Assembly (NCBI GenBank): GCA_044229975.1 | Contig: JBGARZ010000020.1 | Span: 64,001-128,000 of the forward strand | Source of the DNA: Polyangiales bacterium | GTDB taxonomy: Bacteria > Myxococcota_A > Polyangia > Polyangiales > Ga0077539 | Reading direction: 5' to 3' | DNA: 64,000 nt | Part shown: positions 8,579 to 17,139 of the stretch, piece after piece | How positions within the stretch are numbered: the first letter of the stretch is position 1 | How the letters are laid out: every line of letters starts with the position of its first letter | Made by a program: the position numbers and the translations under genes | Notes under the pieces: generated by a model | What the model saw: only the letters and a program-made list of their open reading frames with translations | What the model was told of the DNA's origin: nothing | Databases searched by the model: none

Positions 8579-10102
8579 ATGCGCTCGCGCCCGATGCCCA
8601 GCCGCCTGCGATCACTCCTGCCGTCGCGTTCGCTCACCGCGCAGGTGTCGTTGCTGCTGCTGGTGCCCATCGTGGTGCTGCTCACGCTGCACGGGTGGGT
8701 GCGCCTGGAGATGCGCCGCGACGAGATGCGCGCCGGCGCCATGCGCAGCATGCGCAGCCTCGGCAGCGTGGTGGGCGCCTCGCTCAACACCATCCTGCGC
8801 GATCGTCGCCTCGACGAGCTGCAGGAGCTCACCGAAGACCTCGCGGGCGCCGAACAGCTCTACGGCGTCCTGGTCTACGACACCGCTGCGGCCCAGGTCA
8901 GTCGGTCGCGCTCGATGGCCTCGCCCGACCCGACGCTCGCCACGATGGCGCGTCGTGTCCTCGTGGGAGCTGCTCCCTTCGCCCGCACCATCCGCGCGCC
9001 GGGCGGGGGCGGCGAGATGCTGGCGTACGCGTTCGTGATCCGACCGGGGTCGGGCGGCCCGGCGCGCGGGGCGGCGGTGATCGTGCGCGACCTGCGGCCC
9101 ATGGAGGCCCGCCTCGCGGACTTCAGCCGGGAGGTCACCCTGCTCGGCCTGGTGCTCGGCGTCATCCTCACGGCCATCACCCTCCTCGGTCTGCGGAGCG
9201 CGGTCATCGAGCCCATCGGGGTGCTCGTGAAGCACGTCGAGCGCGTCGCCGCGGGCTCCCTCGACGACGCCGTGGACACCGACCGCCGCGATGAAGTGGG
9301 CCGCCTCGCGCTCGCCTTCGACGACATGCTCCGCTCGCTGCGCGCCGCTCGCGCCGACCTCGACGCCCAGCACGAGGCCGCCCGCTCGCTCGAACGCCGC
9401 CTCCAGCACGCCCAGCGCCTCGCCCTCATCGGTCAGCTCTCGGCCAACGTCGCGCACCAGGTGGGGTCGCCCCTCAACGTGGTGCTCGGGCGCGCGCGGT
9501 ACGCGTTGCAGCAGGGCGTCGCGGAGCCGCGGGTGGAGCGCCACCTGAAGGAGATCGAGGCCGGGGCCGTGCAGATCTCGCAGGTCATCGAGTCGCTGCT
9601 GTCGCACGCGCGGCGGGTGCGCGGCCGCACCGAGCCCGTCGCCCTCGGCGAGCTGGCGACGGCGACGGTGAGGTTTCTGGAAGCCGAGTGCGAAGCGCAA
9701 GGCGTGCGGGTGGAGGTCGACGTGGCGGAGGAGGTCTTGGTGGAAGGATCGCGGCCCGAGCTGGAGCAGGTGATGCTCAACCTGCTCATCAATGCCATCC
9801 AGGCGCAGCCCGAGGGCGGGGCCATCCGGGTGCGCGTGCGCGCGGTGACGCGGGACGGGCACCCGACGGGGGAGTTCAGCGTCGACGACGCGGGGCCGGG
9901 CGTGCCGGAGGCGGAGCGGGCGAAGGTGTTCGAGGCGTTTTTCACGACGAAGGCGGCGGAGGGGACGGGGCTGGGGTTGTCCATCAGCGACGAGATGGTG
10001 CGACGTCACGGCGGGGTGCTGAGCGTCGAGGACAGCGCACTGGGCGGGGCGCGCTTCGTGGTGCGGCTGCCGCGCATCGAGACCGAGAAGGCGGAGGCGT
10101 AG
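8579..10102 (+). CDS. Membrane sensor histidine kinase (HAMP-HisKA-HATPase)
   Basis: Two TM helices, HAMP (DEVGRLALAFDDM), H-box VAHQVGSPL, N-box NLLINA, DDAGPG, FFTTK, GTGLGL. Start could be 8579 or 8594. Confidence 0.9.
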   Translation: MRSRPMPSRLRSLLPSRSLTAQVSLLLLVPIVVLLTLHGWVRLEMRRDEMRAGAMRSMRSLGSVVGASLNTILRDRRLDELQELTEDLAGAEQLYGVLVYDTAAAQVSRSRSMASPDPTLATMARRVLVGAAPFARTIRAPGGGGEMLAYAFVIRPGSGGPARGAAVIVRDLRPMEARLADFSREVTLLGLVLGVILTAITLLGLRSAVIEPIGVLVKHVERVAAGSLDDAVDTDRRDEVGRLALAFDDMLRSLRAARADLDAQHEAARSLERRLQHAQRLALIGQLSANVAHQVGSPLNVVLGRARYALQQGVAEPRVERHLKEIEAGAVQISQVIESLLSHARRVRGRTEPVALGELATATVRFLEAECEAQGVRVEVDVAEEVLVEGSRPELEQVMLNLLINAIQAQPEGGAIRVRVRAVTRDGHPTGEFSVDDAGPGVPEAERAKVFEAFFTTKAAEGTGLGLSISDEMVRRHGGVLSVEDSALGGARFVVRLPRIETEKAEA

Positions 10103-11458
10103 ATGGAGACGAGGGACGAGCGGGCCGTGGGTCGGGTGCTGGTGGTCGACGACGACGAGGGGCTCGCGCGCTTCGTGGTGGAGGTGCTCGCCGACGCGGG
10201 CCACCACGCCGAGGCGGCGCCGAGCGCGGCCGTCGCGCGCCGCCGCATCGAGGCCGGCGACTTCGACGTGGTGGTCACCGACCTCCGCATGCCGGGCGAG
10301 TCGGGCCTCGACCTCATCGCGTGGCTGCGGAAGTACGACCCGCGCATCGCCGTGCTCGCGGTGACGGCCTTCGGGTCGCTGGAGACCGCCGTGCAGGCCA
10401 TTCGTCTCGGCGCGGCGGACTACATCCCCAAGCCCTTCGAGCCGTCGGCGCTGCTGCTGGCGGTGGACAAGTCGCTGCGCGCCCACGCGATGCGCTCGGA
10501 GATCGAGCGGCTCCGCGGCGAGGTGCAGGCGCGCTACGGCTTCGACGCGATCGTGGCCCGCAGCGCCGTGATGCAGGAGCTCGTCGCCTTCGCGCGGCGC
10601 ATCGCCGACAGCCCGAGCGGGGCGCTGCTCCAGGGGCCGCCGGGGGTCGGGAAGGAGCTGATGGCGCGGGCGATCCACCACGCGTCGCGACGGCGGGCGC
10701 GGCCCTTCGAGGTGGTGAATTGCAGCGCGACGCCCGACCACGCGCTGGAGGCCGAGCTCTTCGGGCGGCCGAAGGGCGTCGGGCCCGACGCGCTCGATCA
10801 CTCGGCGGGCGTTCTGGCCGCGGCCGACGGCGGGACGGTGCTGCTCGACGAGGTGGGCGACCTGCCGCTGGCCGTGCAGCGGAAGCTGGTTCGGCTCTTC
10901 GAGGGAGAGGGCCCGGACGTGCGGATCATCGCGACGTCGCAGCGCGACCTGCGCCAGGCGGTGGCCGCGAAGACCTTCAGCGAAGACCTGTTCTATCGCC
11001 TCTCGGTGCTGGAGATGGGCATCCCTGCGCTGGCCGACCGCACCGACGACGTGCTGCCGCTGGCGGAGCATTTCCTGCGGGTGACGAGCGCGCGCCTGGG
11101 GCGCCCGGTGAAGGGCTTCTCCGCGGCGGCGTCGCACCTGATGAGCGGCTACGGGTGGCCGGGCAACGTGCGTGAACTGCAGAGCGCCGTCGAGCGCGGG
11201 GCCAACGTGTGCGCGGGCGACGAGGTGACGCCGGACGACCTGCCGCCGACGCTGCGCCGACCGCGCGGACACGACTTCCTCGACGAGGCCGCGGCGCGGG
11301 GCATGACCGTGAGCGAGCTGGAAATCGCCTTCGCGCGGCGCGTGCTCGTGAAGAACGGCGGCAACAAGAAGAAGACCGCGCGGCTGCTGGGCATCGACCG
11401 CCGAACGCTCTACCGCTGGCTCGGCGAGAGCGAGCCGACGGAGCCTGACGAGGGGTGA
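10103..11458 (+). CDS. NtrC-like response regulator (receiver + sigma54-activator AAA + Fis HTH)
   Basis: VLVVDDD, TDLRMP, KPF; Walker A GPPGVGKE; LDEVGDL; FSEDLFYRL; WPGNVREL; C-terminal HTH TARLLGIDRRTLYR. Confidence 0.9.
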   Translation: METRDERAVGRVLVVDDDEGLARFVVEVLADAGHHAEAAPSAAVARRRIEAGDFDVVVTDLRMPGESGLDLIAWLRKYDPRIAVLAVTAFGSLETAVQAIRLGAADYIPKPFEPSALLLAVDKSLRAHAMRSEIERLRGEVQARYGFDAIVARSAVMQELVAFARRIADSPSGALLQGPPGVGKELMARAIHHASRRRARPFEVVNCSATPDHALEAELFGRPKGVGPDALDHSAGVLAAADGGTVLLDEVGDLPLAVQRKLVRLFEGEGPDVRIIATSQRDLRQAVAAKTFSEDLFYRLSVLEMGIPALADRTDDVLPLAEHFLRVTSARLGRPVKGFSAAASHLMSGYGWPGNVRELQSAVERGANVCAGDEVTPDDLPPTLRRPRGHDFLDEAAARGMTVSELEIAFARRVLVKNGGNKKKTARLLGIDRRTLYRWLGESEPTEPDEG

Positions 11459-11483
11459 CGGACCCAACGCTGATCGAGGCTGT

Positions 11484-11723
11484 GGCCGGGGTTCACGGTG
11501 CAGGCTCTGCGTCCGCCGTGCGCCGTTCACCCCGGGCAATGGTAGGTGGTCACCCCATCGCTGCGCGACGGGGTTGCAGCAATGGATTCTGTTGAGGCCG
11601 CTGACTGAAGTCTTCGAGAGACGCCTCTTGCAACCCCATCGCGCAGCGATGGGGTGACCACCTACCATTGTCCGGGGTGAACGGCGCACGGCGGACGCAG
11701 AGCCTGCACCGTGAACCCCGGCC
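11484..11723. repeat. REPIN-like long inverted repeat (~95-bp arms, 50-bp spacer)
   Basis: Arm 11484-11578 (GGCCGGGGTTCACGGTGCAGG...GGGGTTGCA) is a near-perfect reverse complement of 11629-11723; lies between convergent stop codons. Confidence 0.92.
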
Positions 11724-14700
11724 TCACACCGGCTCGGCGTAGCGCCCGACGAGGTCGCGCATGGGCTCGTCGTCGAGGGCCGTGTCGCAGCAGGCGCGGT
11801 AGACGTCCGGGGCGCTCCCCTCGGGGCGGTCGACGAAGGCGCAGGGTTGCCGACGGCCGGTCGGGTTGAGCGTTCCGAGCACGCAGTGGCGGCGCTCCAG
11901 GGGCATCACCTCGGCCTCGATCGCGGCGCGCACCCGGCGCTCGAAGTCCTCGATGGTGACGAGGCCGCGGCCGTCGTCCGCGCGCGACGCGCGAACCCAC
12001 TCCAGCGCGAGGCGGGCGCGGCGGCAGCCGCCGGCGATGGCGGCGTTTTGCAGCCGCAGGTCGAAGCCGAGCGCCGGACTGAACGCAAACGCATGCGCAT
12101 ACCCCGGCTGCGCGGGCGCGATGTGGATGAAGTCCGCGCAGATGGCCGGGCGCACGTCGGCGACCGCGCTCTCGGGGTGACCCGCCGCGCGCATCTCGCG
12201 GGCCTCGCGGCGTAGCTGCGGGTTGGCGTACTTCGCGACGCGGTTGATCTGCTGCTGGGTCACCAGCGTGCGATGCACCTTGTCGGCCTCGGCGGTGATG
12301 CGCGCGCGGCGGTACACCGCGACCACCGACGGGTCCGTCGGGTCGCCGCCGGGGACGCGCGGCGGCTCGGTGAGGCTGAGCAGCAGCACCCGATGACGGT
12401 GCTCGGAGAGCCACTCGGCCCCGGGGCGACTGGCGAGCGCGCGGAGGTACGCGAAGGCCGAGTCGCTGGGGAAGTTGTTGAGAATCCCGCCGTCGGCGTA
12501 GAGGCTGCCGACGCCGCTCCCCTCCGGCCGACCGACGCCGAAGAGCTCGCGCTGCGTTCGTAATCTGAACGCGAGCGGAAACGATGACGCCGCCAGCGGG
12601 GCCTGCATCGCGAGGGGCCAGCGCGCCGCCGTGGGCTCCCCGTTGACGGCGTGCGGCCCGGCGCCGAAGTGCACCAGCACCCCGCGGTCGTGGTCGGTCA
12701 CGGTGAAGAGAAACCGCGTCCGCGCGCGCCGCGCATAGGCGTCGAGGTCGACGGTGGCGCCGTCGGCGGAGAAGACCATCGCGCGCAGCTTCTCCTCGAT
12801 GCGGTCGAGGCCGAGGAGCTCGGGCATCGCCCCGTCGCGGCCGCGCAGCGCGAGGCCCCACGCCTCGGCGCGATCGTCGAGCAGCCCCACCACGTCGACG
12901 AAGCGTCCTCGCATGAGCGCGCGCAGGCTGTCGCGGACCTCGGCGCGACGTTCGGGGGAGAGGCCCAGCGCGGCGGCGACGGCCGGCCACGGCGGCGCGT
13001 CGCTGTCGCCCGCGAGCGCCGCAAGGAGCGCGGCAGGAGAGAGGGCCCGCAGCTCGGTGCTCTCTGCCCACAGGCGCGTGAGACGGCTCGCGAGCTCGTC
13101 GACGCGGCCGCCCCCGCCATCGGCCGCGCGGTCGAACCACTCGGGAACGGTCTGCATCAAGCGCACGGCCTCGAAGAGGGTCTTCGGGCTGCTGCTCGAT
13201 GCGTGGAGGAGGTACGAGAAGATGGTTCCGACGGAGGCGCCGGCGTAGAGCCGCGGGGCGAGCTCGTAGTCGTTGAAGGCCGCGATGGCCCCGACCTGAA
13301 ACACCCCGCGAAACACGCCCCCCGCGGGCACCACGATGTCGAGCGGCCCGCGCCCCTCCGGCGCGACCTCGATGGGGTCGGCCCGGTCGACGGACTCGCT
13401 GCTCACATGCCCGTGGCGCTCGACCACCGGGGCCGCGCGCAGTCGCCCGGTGCACCCCGCGCACACCGCCTCCACCGGTCGCAGGTACCCATCACTCCGC
13501 GGAACCCCCTTGCCCGCGAGCGCATCGAGCAGCGCAGCGCAGGACACCGCGCCGTCACCCTCGGCGAGCTCGCGCAGCGTGACGGCGTGCAGGGCTTCGA
13601 GCGTGGCGCGGCAGCCCTGCGCCATGGCGTGGGCGTACTCTGCGCGCGTCGGCGCCGAGAGGGCCTCCATGGGAAGGAGGTCGTCGGGCGCGATGGTGGT
13701 GCAGTCCACGGGGACGGCCGGGTGCCCGCTGCGGTCGAGCAGCGCGTCGTCGGGCGGCGGCGTCGGGGACTTCTTCGCGCGGCGCACGGCGCGGATCATC
13801 TGCGTGATGAGCGACACCACGCGAGCGTTGAACTGGAGGTCCTCCTGGCCCCAGAGGCGGAGGCTGCGGAGGGCGGCCTCGAAGAGCGCGGGCGGCGGGT
13901 CGTCGGGCCCGCGGTGCACCGCCGTCACGTCGCGCGGCCCCGTGTAGACCACGAAGAGCCGGTGCGCGGGGATGGTCCACGGGTCGTCGCCGCGGCGCTC
14001 GCCTCGCCACACGTTGAGCACCTGCGTGAGCGGCGCGTGCTGCACGTGACCCGCGTCGACGAGCAGGTCGTCGGGCACGCACCCCGCCGGCGTCTCCCCG
14101 AACGGAAACACCGCGCGCACCCGCTCCGGCGGAAACATCGGCAGCGTCGCGCACGCCGCGCGGATGGCGGGCCAGAGCCTCGCTTCGCCGTCGAGCAGCA
14201 CGATGCGCGGCGCCCGCAGGCCCTCGTCGAAGGAGCTCACGTTGGCCGCCTCGAACACCAGCCGCGAGCGCACGAGCGAGCGCATCGGCAGCTCGCCGCG
14301 GCCCGGCAGCGACGAGCGCAGCAGCGGCGCGAAGGGGCTCGCGTCGAGGGTCTTCTGCGACAGCGACTCGCGCATCCCGAAGGCGTCGAGCGCCACCTGC
14401 GCCACGTCCGCGGCGCCCTCCGGGAAGAGCACCGACCCGAGCGTCTCGTCGCCGTGACGAAACGCCGGGTCGCCCACCTCCGCGCTCACCCGCCGCGCGA
14501 TCCTCCGCCACGCGTGCCGCGCGAACGATCGCAGCAGCGCCCGGCGGTGCCTCGACGGGAGCCGCGCGAGCAGGCGTGCGCCCCACCACGCGCGGGCCAT
14601 CGTCGAGCGGGCGCGGGCGATGCGGGCGAGCTCGTCGAGGCTCCGCGGGAGGGCGACGAGCGCGTCGATCATCTCGCGCAGCGGGGCGCCCTCCCCAAAC

Positions 14701-15086
14701 AGCACCGACCACGCCGCGCCGCCCGGATCACCGTCGAGCCATGTGCCGATGTACCGCTCGACGAGCGCGCGCCGCTCGGATTGGTCATCGCACTCGGCGG
14801 CGAGCGCGAGCACCGTCCCGGCGAGGCAGCCGACGCTCGTCCCCGCGATGGTGCGCGGGTAGTAGCCCGTCATCACGAGGGCGTGCACCACCCCGGCGTG
14901 GAAGCTCCCCTTGGCCCCGCTGTCGCCGAGCGCGATGCCTGCCAGCGGGTCGCGCACCGGGAAGCCATGGTCGAAGGGAAACGCGAAGGGCTGTGCCCCA
15001 CGCGGGTTGTCCGGGTCGTCGAGCAGCCAGCGCTCCTCGAACGTCCCCCTCCTCGCGTCTCCCATCGACCGCGATGGTACCCGCAT
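11724..15086 (-). CDS. Large protein with two tandem patatin-like phospholipase domains
   Basis: Domain 1: GDSGAKG, GTSVG, DAG. Domain 2: AGGVFRG, GASVG, DGGILNN. Confidence 0.8.
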   Translation of the reverse strand: MRVPSRSMGDARRGTFEERWLLDDPDNPRGAQPFAFPFDHGFPVRDPLAGIALGDSGAKGSFHAGVVHALVMTGYYPRTIAGTSVGCLAGTVLALAAECDDQSERRALVERYIGTWLDGDPGGAAWSVLFGEGAPLREMIDALVALPRSLDELARIARARSTMARAWWGARLLARLPSRHRRALLRSFARHAWRRIARRVSAEVGDPAFRHGDETLGSVLFPEGAADVAQVALDAFGMRESLSQKTLDASPFAPLLRSSLPGRGELPMRSLVRSRLVFEAANVSSFDEGLRAPRIVLLDGEARLWPAIRAACATLPMFPPERVRAVFPFGETPAGCVPDDLLVDAGHVQHAPLTQVLNVWRGERRGDDPWTIPAHRLFVVYTGPRDVTAVHRGPDDPPPALFEAALRSLRLWGQEDLQFNARVVSLITQMIRAVRRAKKSPTPPPDDALLDRSGHPAVPVDCTTIAPDDLLPMEALSAPTRAEYAHAMAQGCRATLEALHAVTLRELAEGDGAVSCAALLDALAGKGVPRSDGYLRPVEAVCAGCTGRLRAAPVVERHGHVSSESVDRADPIEVAPEGRGPLDIVVPAGGVFRGVFQVGAIAAFNDYELAPRLYAGASVGTIFSYLLHASSSSPKTLFEAVRLMQTVPEWFDRAADGGGGRVDELASRLTRLWAESTELRALSPAALLAALAGDSDAPPWPAVAAALGLSPERRAEVRDSLRALMRGRFVDVVGLLDDRAEAWGLALRGRDGAMPELLGLDRIEEKLRAMVFSADGATVDLDAYARRARTRFLFTVTDHDRGVLVHFGAGPHAVNGEPTAARWPLAMQAPLAASSFPLAFRLRTQRELFGVGRPEGSGVGSLYADGGILNNFPSDSAFAYLRALASRPGAEWLSEHRHRVLLLSLTEPPRVPGGDPTDPSVVAVYRRARITAEADKVHRTLVTQQQINRVAKYANPQLRREAREMRAAGHPESAVADVRPAICADFIHIAPAQPGYAHAFAFSPALGFDLRLQNAAIAGGCRRARLALEWVRASRADDGRGLVTIEDFERRVRAAIEAEVMPLERRHCVLGTLNPTGRRQPCAFVDRPEGSAPDVYRACCDTALDDEPMRDLVGRYAEPV

Positions 15087-15304
15087 CGCCGCCGACCCGG
15101 TGTTGACTCCAGAGCGCGCCTCTCGACCCCACTGTGCGGGGCGAAGACCACGGGCATCGGTCGTCCCGGTGGCACCTCAAGACCTCGGCTGGACAAGCCT
15201 TGTGCAATCGCGACGCGGCTGGGTGTGGTCGCCCGTGAGGCATGGCGCCGCACTGGTTGGCATCATCCTCGCTAAGCGCGCCGGGCACCTTGAAAGGCTC
15301 CCCG

Positions 15305-16309
15305 ATGCAATTGCTCCCTCATTCCTCCCATCAGGCCAACCTGCGCGAGCAGGAGGCGAAGATAGACCGGCTCTTTGTTCGCCTTGGTTCCCTCGATTTC
15401 TACTCGTTGCTGGGCGTGCCGCGCGACGCCGAGCCGCCGCTGATCCAGCGGGCCCACGCGCTGCGTCGAATGCTCTACCAGTCGCTCGTCACGGGCTCTC
15501 AGCCGCCCGCGGGCCACGCCAAGGTTCGCGCCATCGTCTCCGCGCTCGACGTCGCCTGGGACACCCTCGGCGACACCACCCGCCGCGCCGAGTACGACCT
15601 CCGCATCGCGGCTTCTCCCGTCTCCTCCACCACCCCGCCGCGCGAGCCCGCCGAGACCCCCGCGCCGCCGCGTCGCCCCAGCATTCCGCCGCCGGTCGGC
15701 GTGATGCCCGCGCTCACCGAGCTGGTGCTCAACCCGCCCTCCGCGACGCCCAACGCGCGCGCCGAGACCCCGACCATCCGTCCGCCGTCGATGCCCCGCG
15801 CCCCCGCGGACAACACCGACGACGTGATGCGCGCGCCCCGGGCTCCGACCCGCCCGAGCCCCGGCCTCGTCGGCGACCTGCCCGCCCGCCCGCAGTCCTC
15901 GCACCTCGACCCCTGGGAGGCGTCCTCGTCGGCCCTTCCGAGCGCGCGCGATGACCTGGCCACGCTCTGTTCCGCGGTCCAGATCACCCTCGCGGCGCTG
16001 TCCGAAGAGCGCCCCTACGACCGCCTCATCGTCGACGCCCGCGAGCGCGTCGCCGAGGTGCAGGCCCGCCACTGTGTCCAAGGCGCCCACGAGCAGGAGC
16101 TGCAGGGCCGCTGGTCGCACGCCGCCCGTTCATGGATGCAAGCCGCCCGCTGCATGCCTGAAGACCCGTGGCTGCTCGCGCACGCCGCTCGCGCCCTGCT
16201 CTTGTCCAACGCTCCCTCCAGCGAGACCGTCGAGGTCGCCCGTCAGGCCCTCGCGATCGACCCCGCCAACTCCCTCGCCAGCACCGTCATCTGGCGCACT
16301 CAGGGGTGA
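15305..16309 (+). CDS. DnaJ-like (J-domain-related) protein with Pro-rich linker and C-terminal TPR
   Basis: DFYSLLGV...AWDTLGDTTRRAEYD; TPR-like ARQALAIDPAN; no HPD motif. Confidence 0.65.
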   Translation: MQLLPHSSHQANLREQEAKIDRLFVRLGSLDFYSLLGVPRDAEPPLIQRAHALRRMLYQSLVTGSQPPAGHAKVRAIVSALDVAWDTLGDTTRRAEYDLRIAASPVSSTTPPREPAETPAPPRRPSIPPPVGVMPALTELVLNPPSATPNARAETPTIRPPSMPRAPADNTDDVMRAPRAPTRPSPGLVGDLPARPQSSHLDPWEASSSALPSARDDLATLCSAVQITLAALSEERPYDRLIVDARERVAEVQARHCVQGAHEQELQGRWSHAARSWMQAARCMPEDPWLLAHAARALLLSNAPSSETVEVARQALAIDPANSLASTVIWRTQG

Positions 16310-16373
16310 CCGCCGCCGCCGTCGCGGCATCAGCCCCACGCCGGGCGCAACGACTTTGATGAGGGTCAACCCC

Positions 16374-17135
16374 TCACACCCGCGACAGCGCCCGCACCCT
16401 CGCCGACCACTCCCGCTCCCGCTTCGGAACCATCGCCAGGAAGGTCTCGCTCCCATGCGCGACCTCCGTGAGCCCGGCGTCGCGCACGATGGCGCAGTCC
16501 TCTTCGCGTTGCAGCGCCGTCCACTGCTCGCCCGATGCGCGCAGCACCGCGCACGGCATCCCCGCCGTCGCCCACTGCCCGAACGCCTCGGCCTCCCGCG
16601 CGCCAAACGCGTGCGCGCCCAGCAGCACCGCGTGCCCGATCTGCGCGGCCATCTTCCCGACGCGCATCGACACGTCGCCGTTGAGCACGAACACCATCAC
16701 CGGCGCGTCGCCCTCTACCGCGACCGCGCGCGACGGCAGCTCGGTCACCTCGGCGACGTACGCCTGGAGCGCGATCAGCAGCTTCGAGCGATCGCTCTTG
16801 CGCTGTGGTGGCAGCGCGCGCACCACGACCACGCCCGCGTCTGATCCTTCGCCCGAGTCGAGCGCGGACACCTGCGGCCAGTGCTTCTCGTTGGCGCGCA
16901 GGCACACCTTGCGAAACGAGCGCGACGACCACTCGGCGAAGGCGTCGCGGTAGCGCGGGTCGTCGGCGTAGCGCGCCGTCACGTCGAAGGTCGCGCGCGC
17001 CGCCGCGACGAGGAGACCTTCGAGCGAGGCCGGGTGCTCCTTGCGCACGACGAGGTACATCACCCACGGGTCGTCCTGCGCGGCGCGGGCGTCGACCGAC
17101 TCGGGGTGATCCTTGTCGTGCTCGTAGACGGGCAT
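16374..17135 (-). CDS. Peptidyl-tRNA hydrolase, PTH2 family (apparent duplicated domain)
   Basis: MRVGKMAAQIGHA and IVRDAGLTEVAHGSETFLA are PTH2 motifs; the N-terminal half (MYLVVRK...FRKVCLRANE) is also PTH2-like. Confidence 0.75.
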   Translation of the reverse strand: MPVYEHDKDHPESVDARAAQDDPWVMYLVVRKEHPASLEGLLVAAARATFDVTARYADDPRYRDAFAEWSSRSFRKVCLRANEKHWPQVSALDSGEGSDAGVVVVRALPPQRKSDRSKLLIALQAYVAEVTELPSRAVAVEGDAPVMVFVLNGDVSMRVGKMAAQIGHAVLLGAHAFGAREAEAFGQWATAGMPCAVLRASGEQWTALQREEDCAIVRDAGLTEVAHGSETFLAMVPKREREWSARVRALSRV

Positions 17136-17139
17136 CAGG

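Noticed and set aside
6303..8832. Long ORFs over the arrays (e.g. 6303-7025, 6428-7048, 7474-8832)
   Set aside because: They are translations of a stop-poor GC-rich repeat whose 53-bp period is not a multiple of 3.
8612..11689. Long antisense ORFs (1025 aa here; also 12651-15275, 30088-32661 and 57813-60785)
   Set aside because: Shadow frames of real high-GC genes on the opposite strand; Arg/Ala-rich with no motifs.
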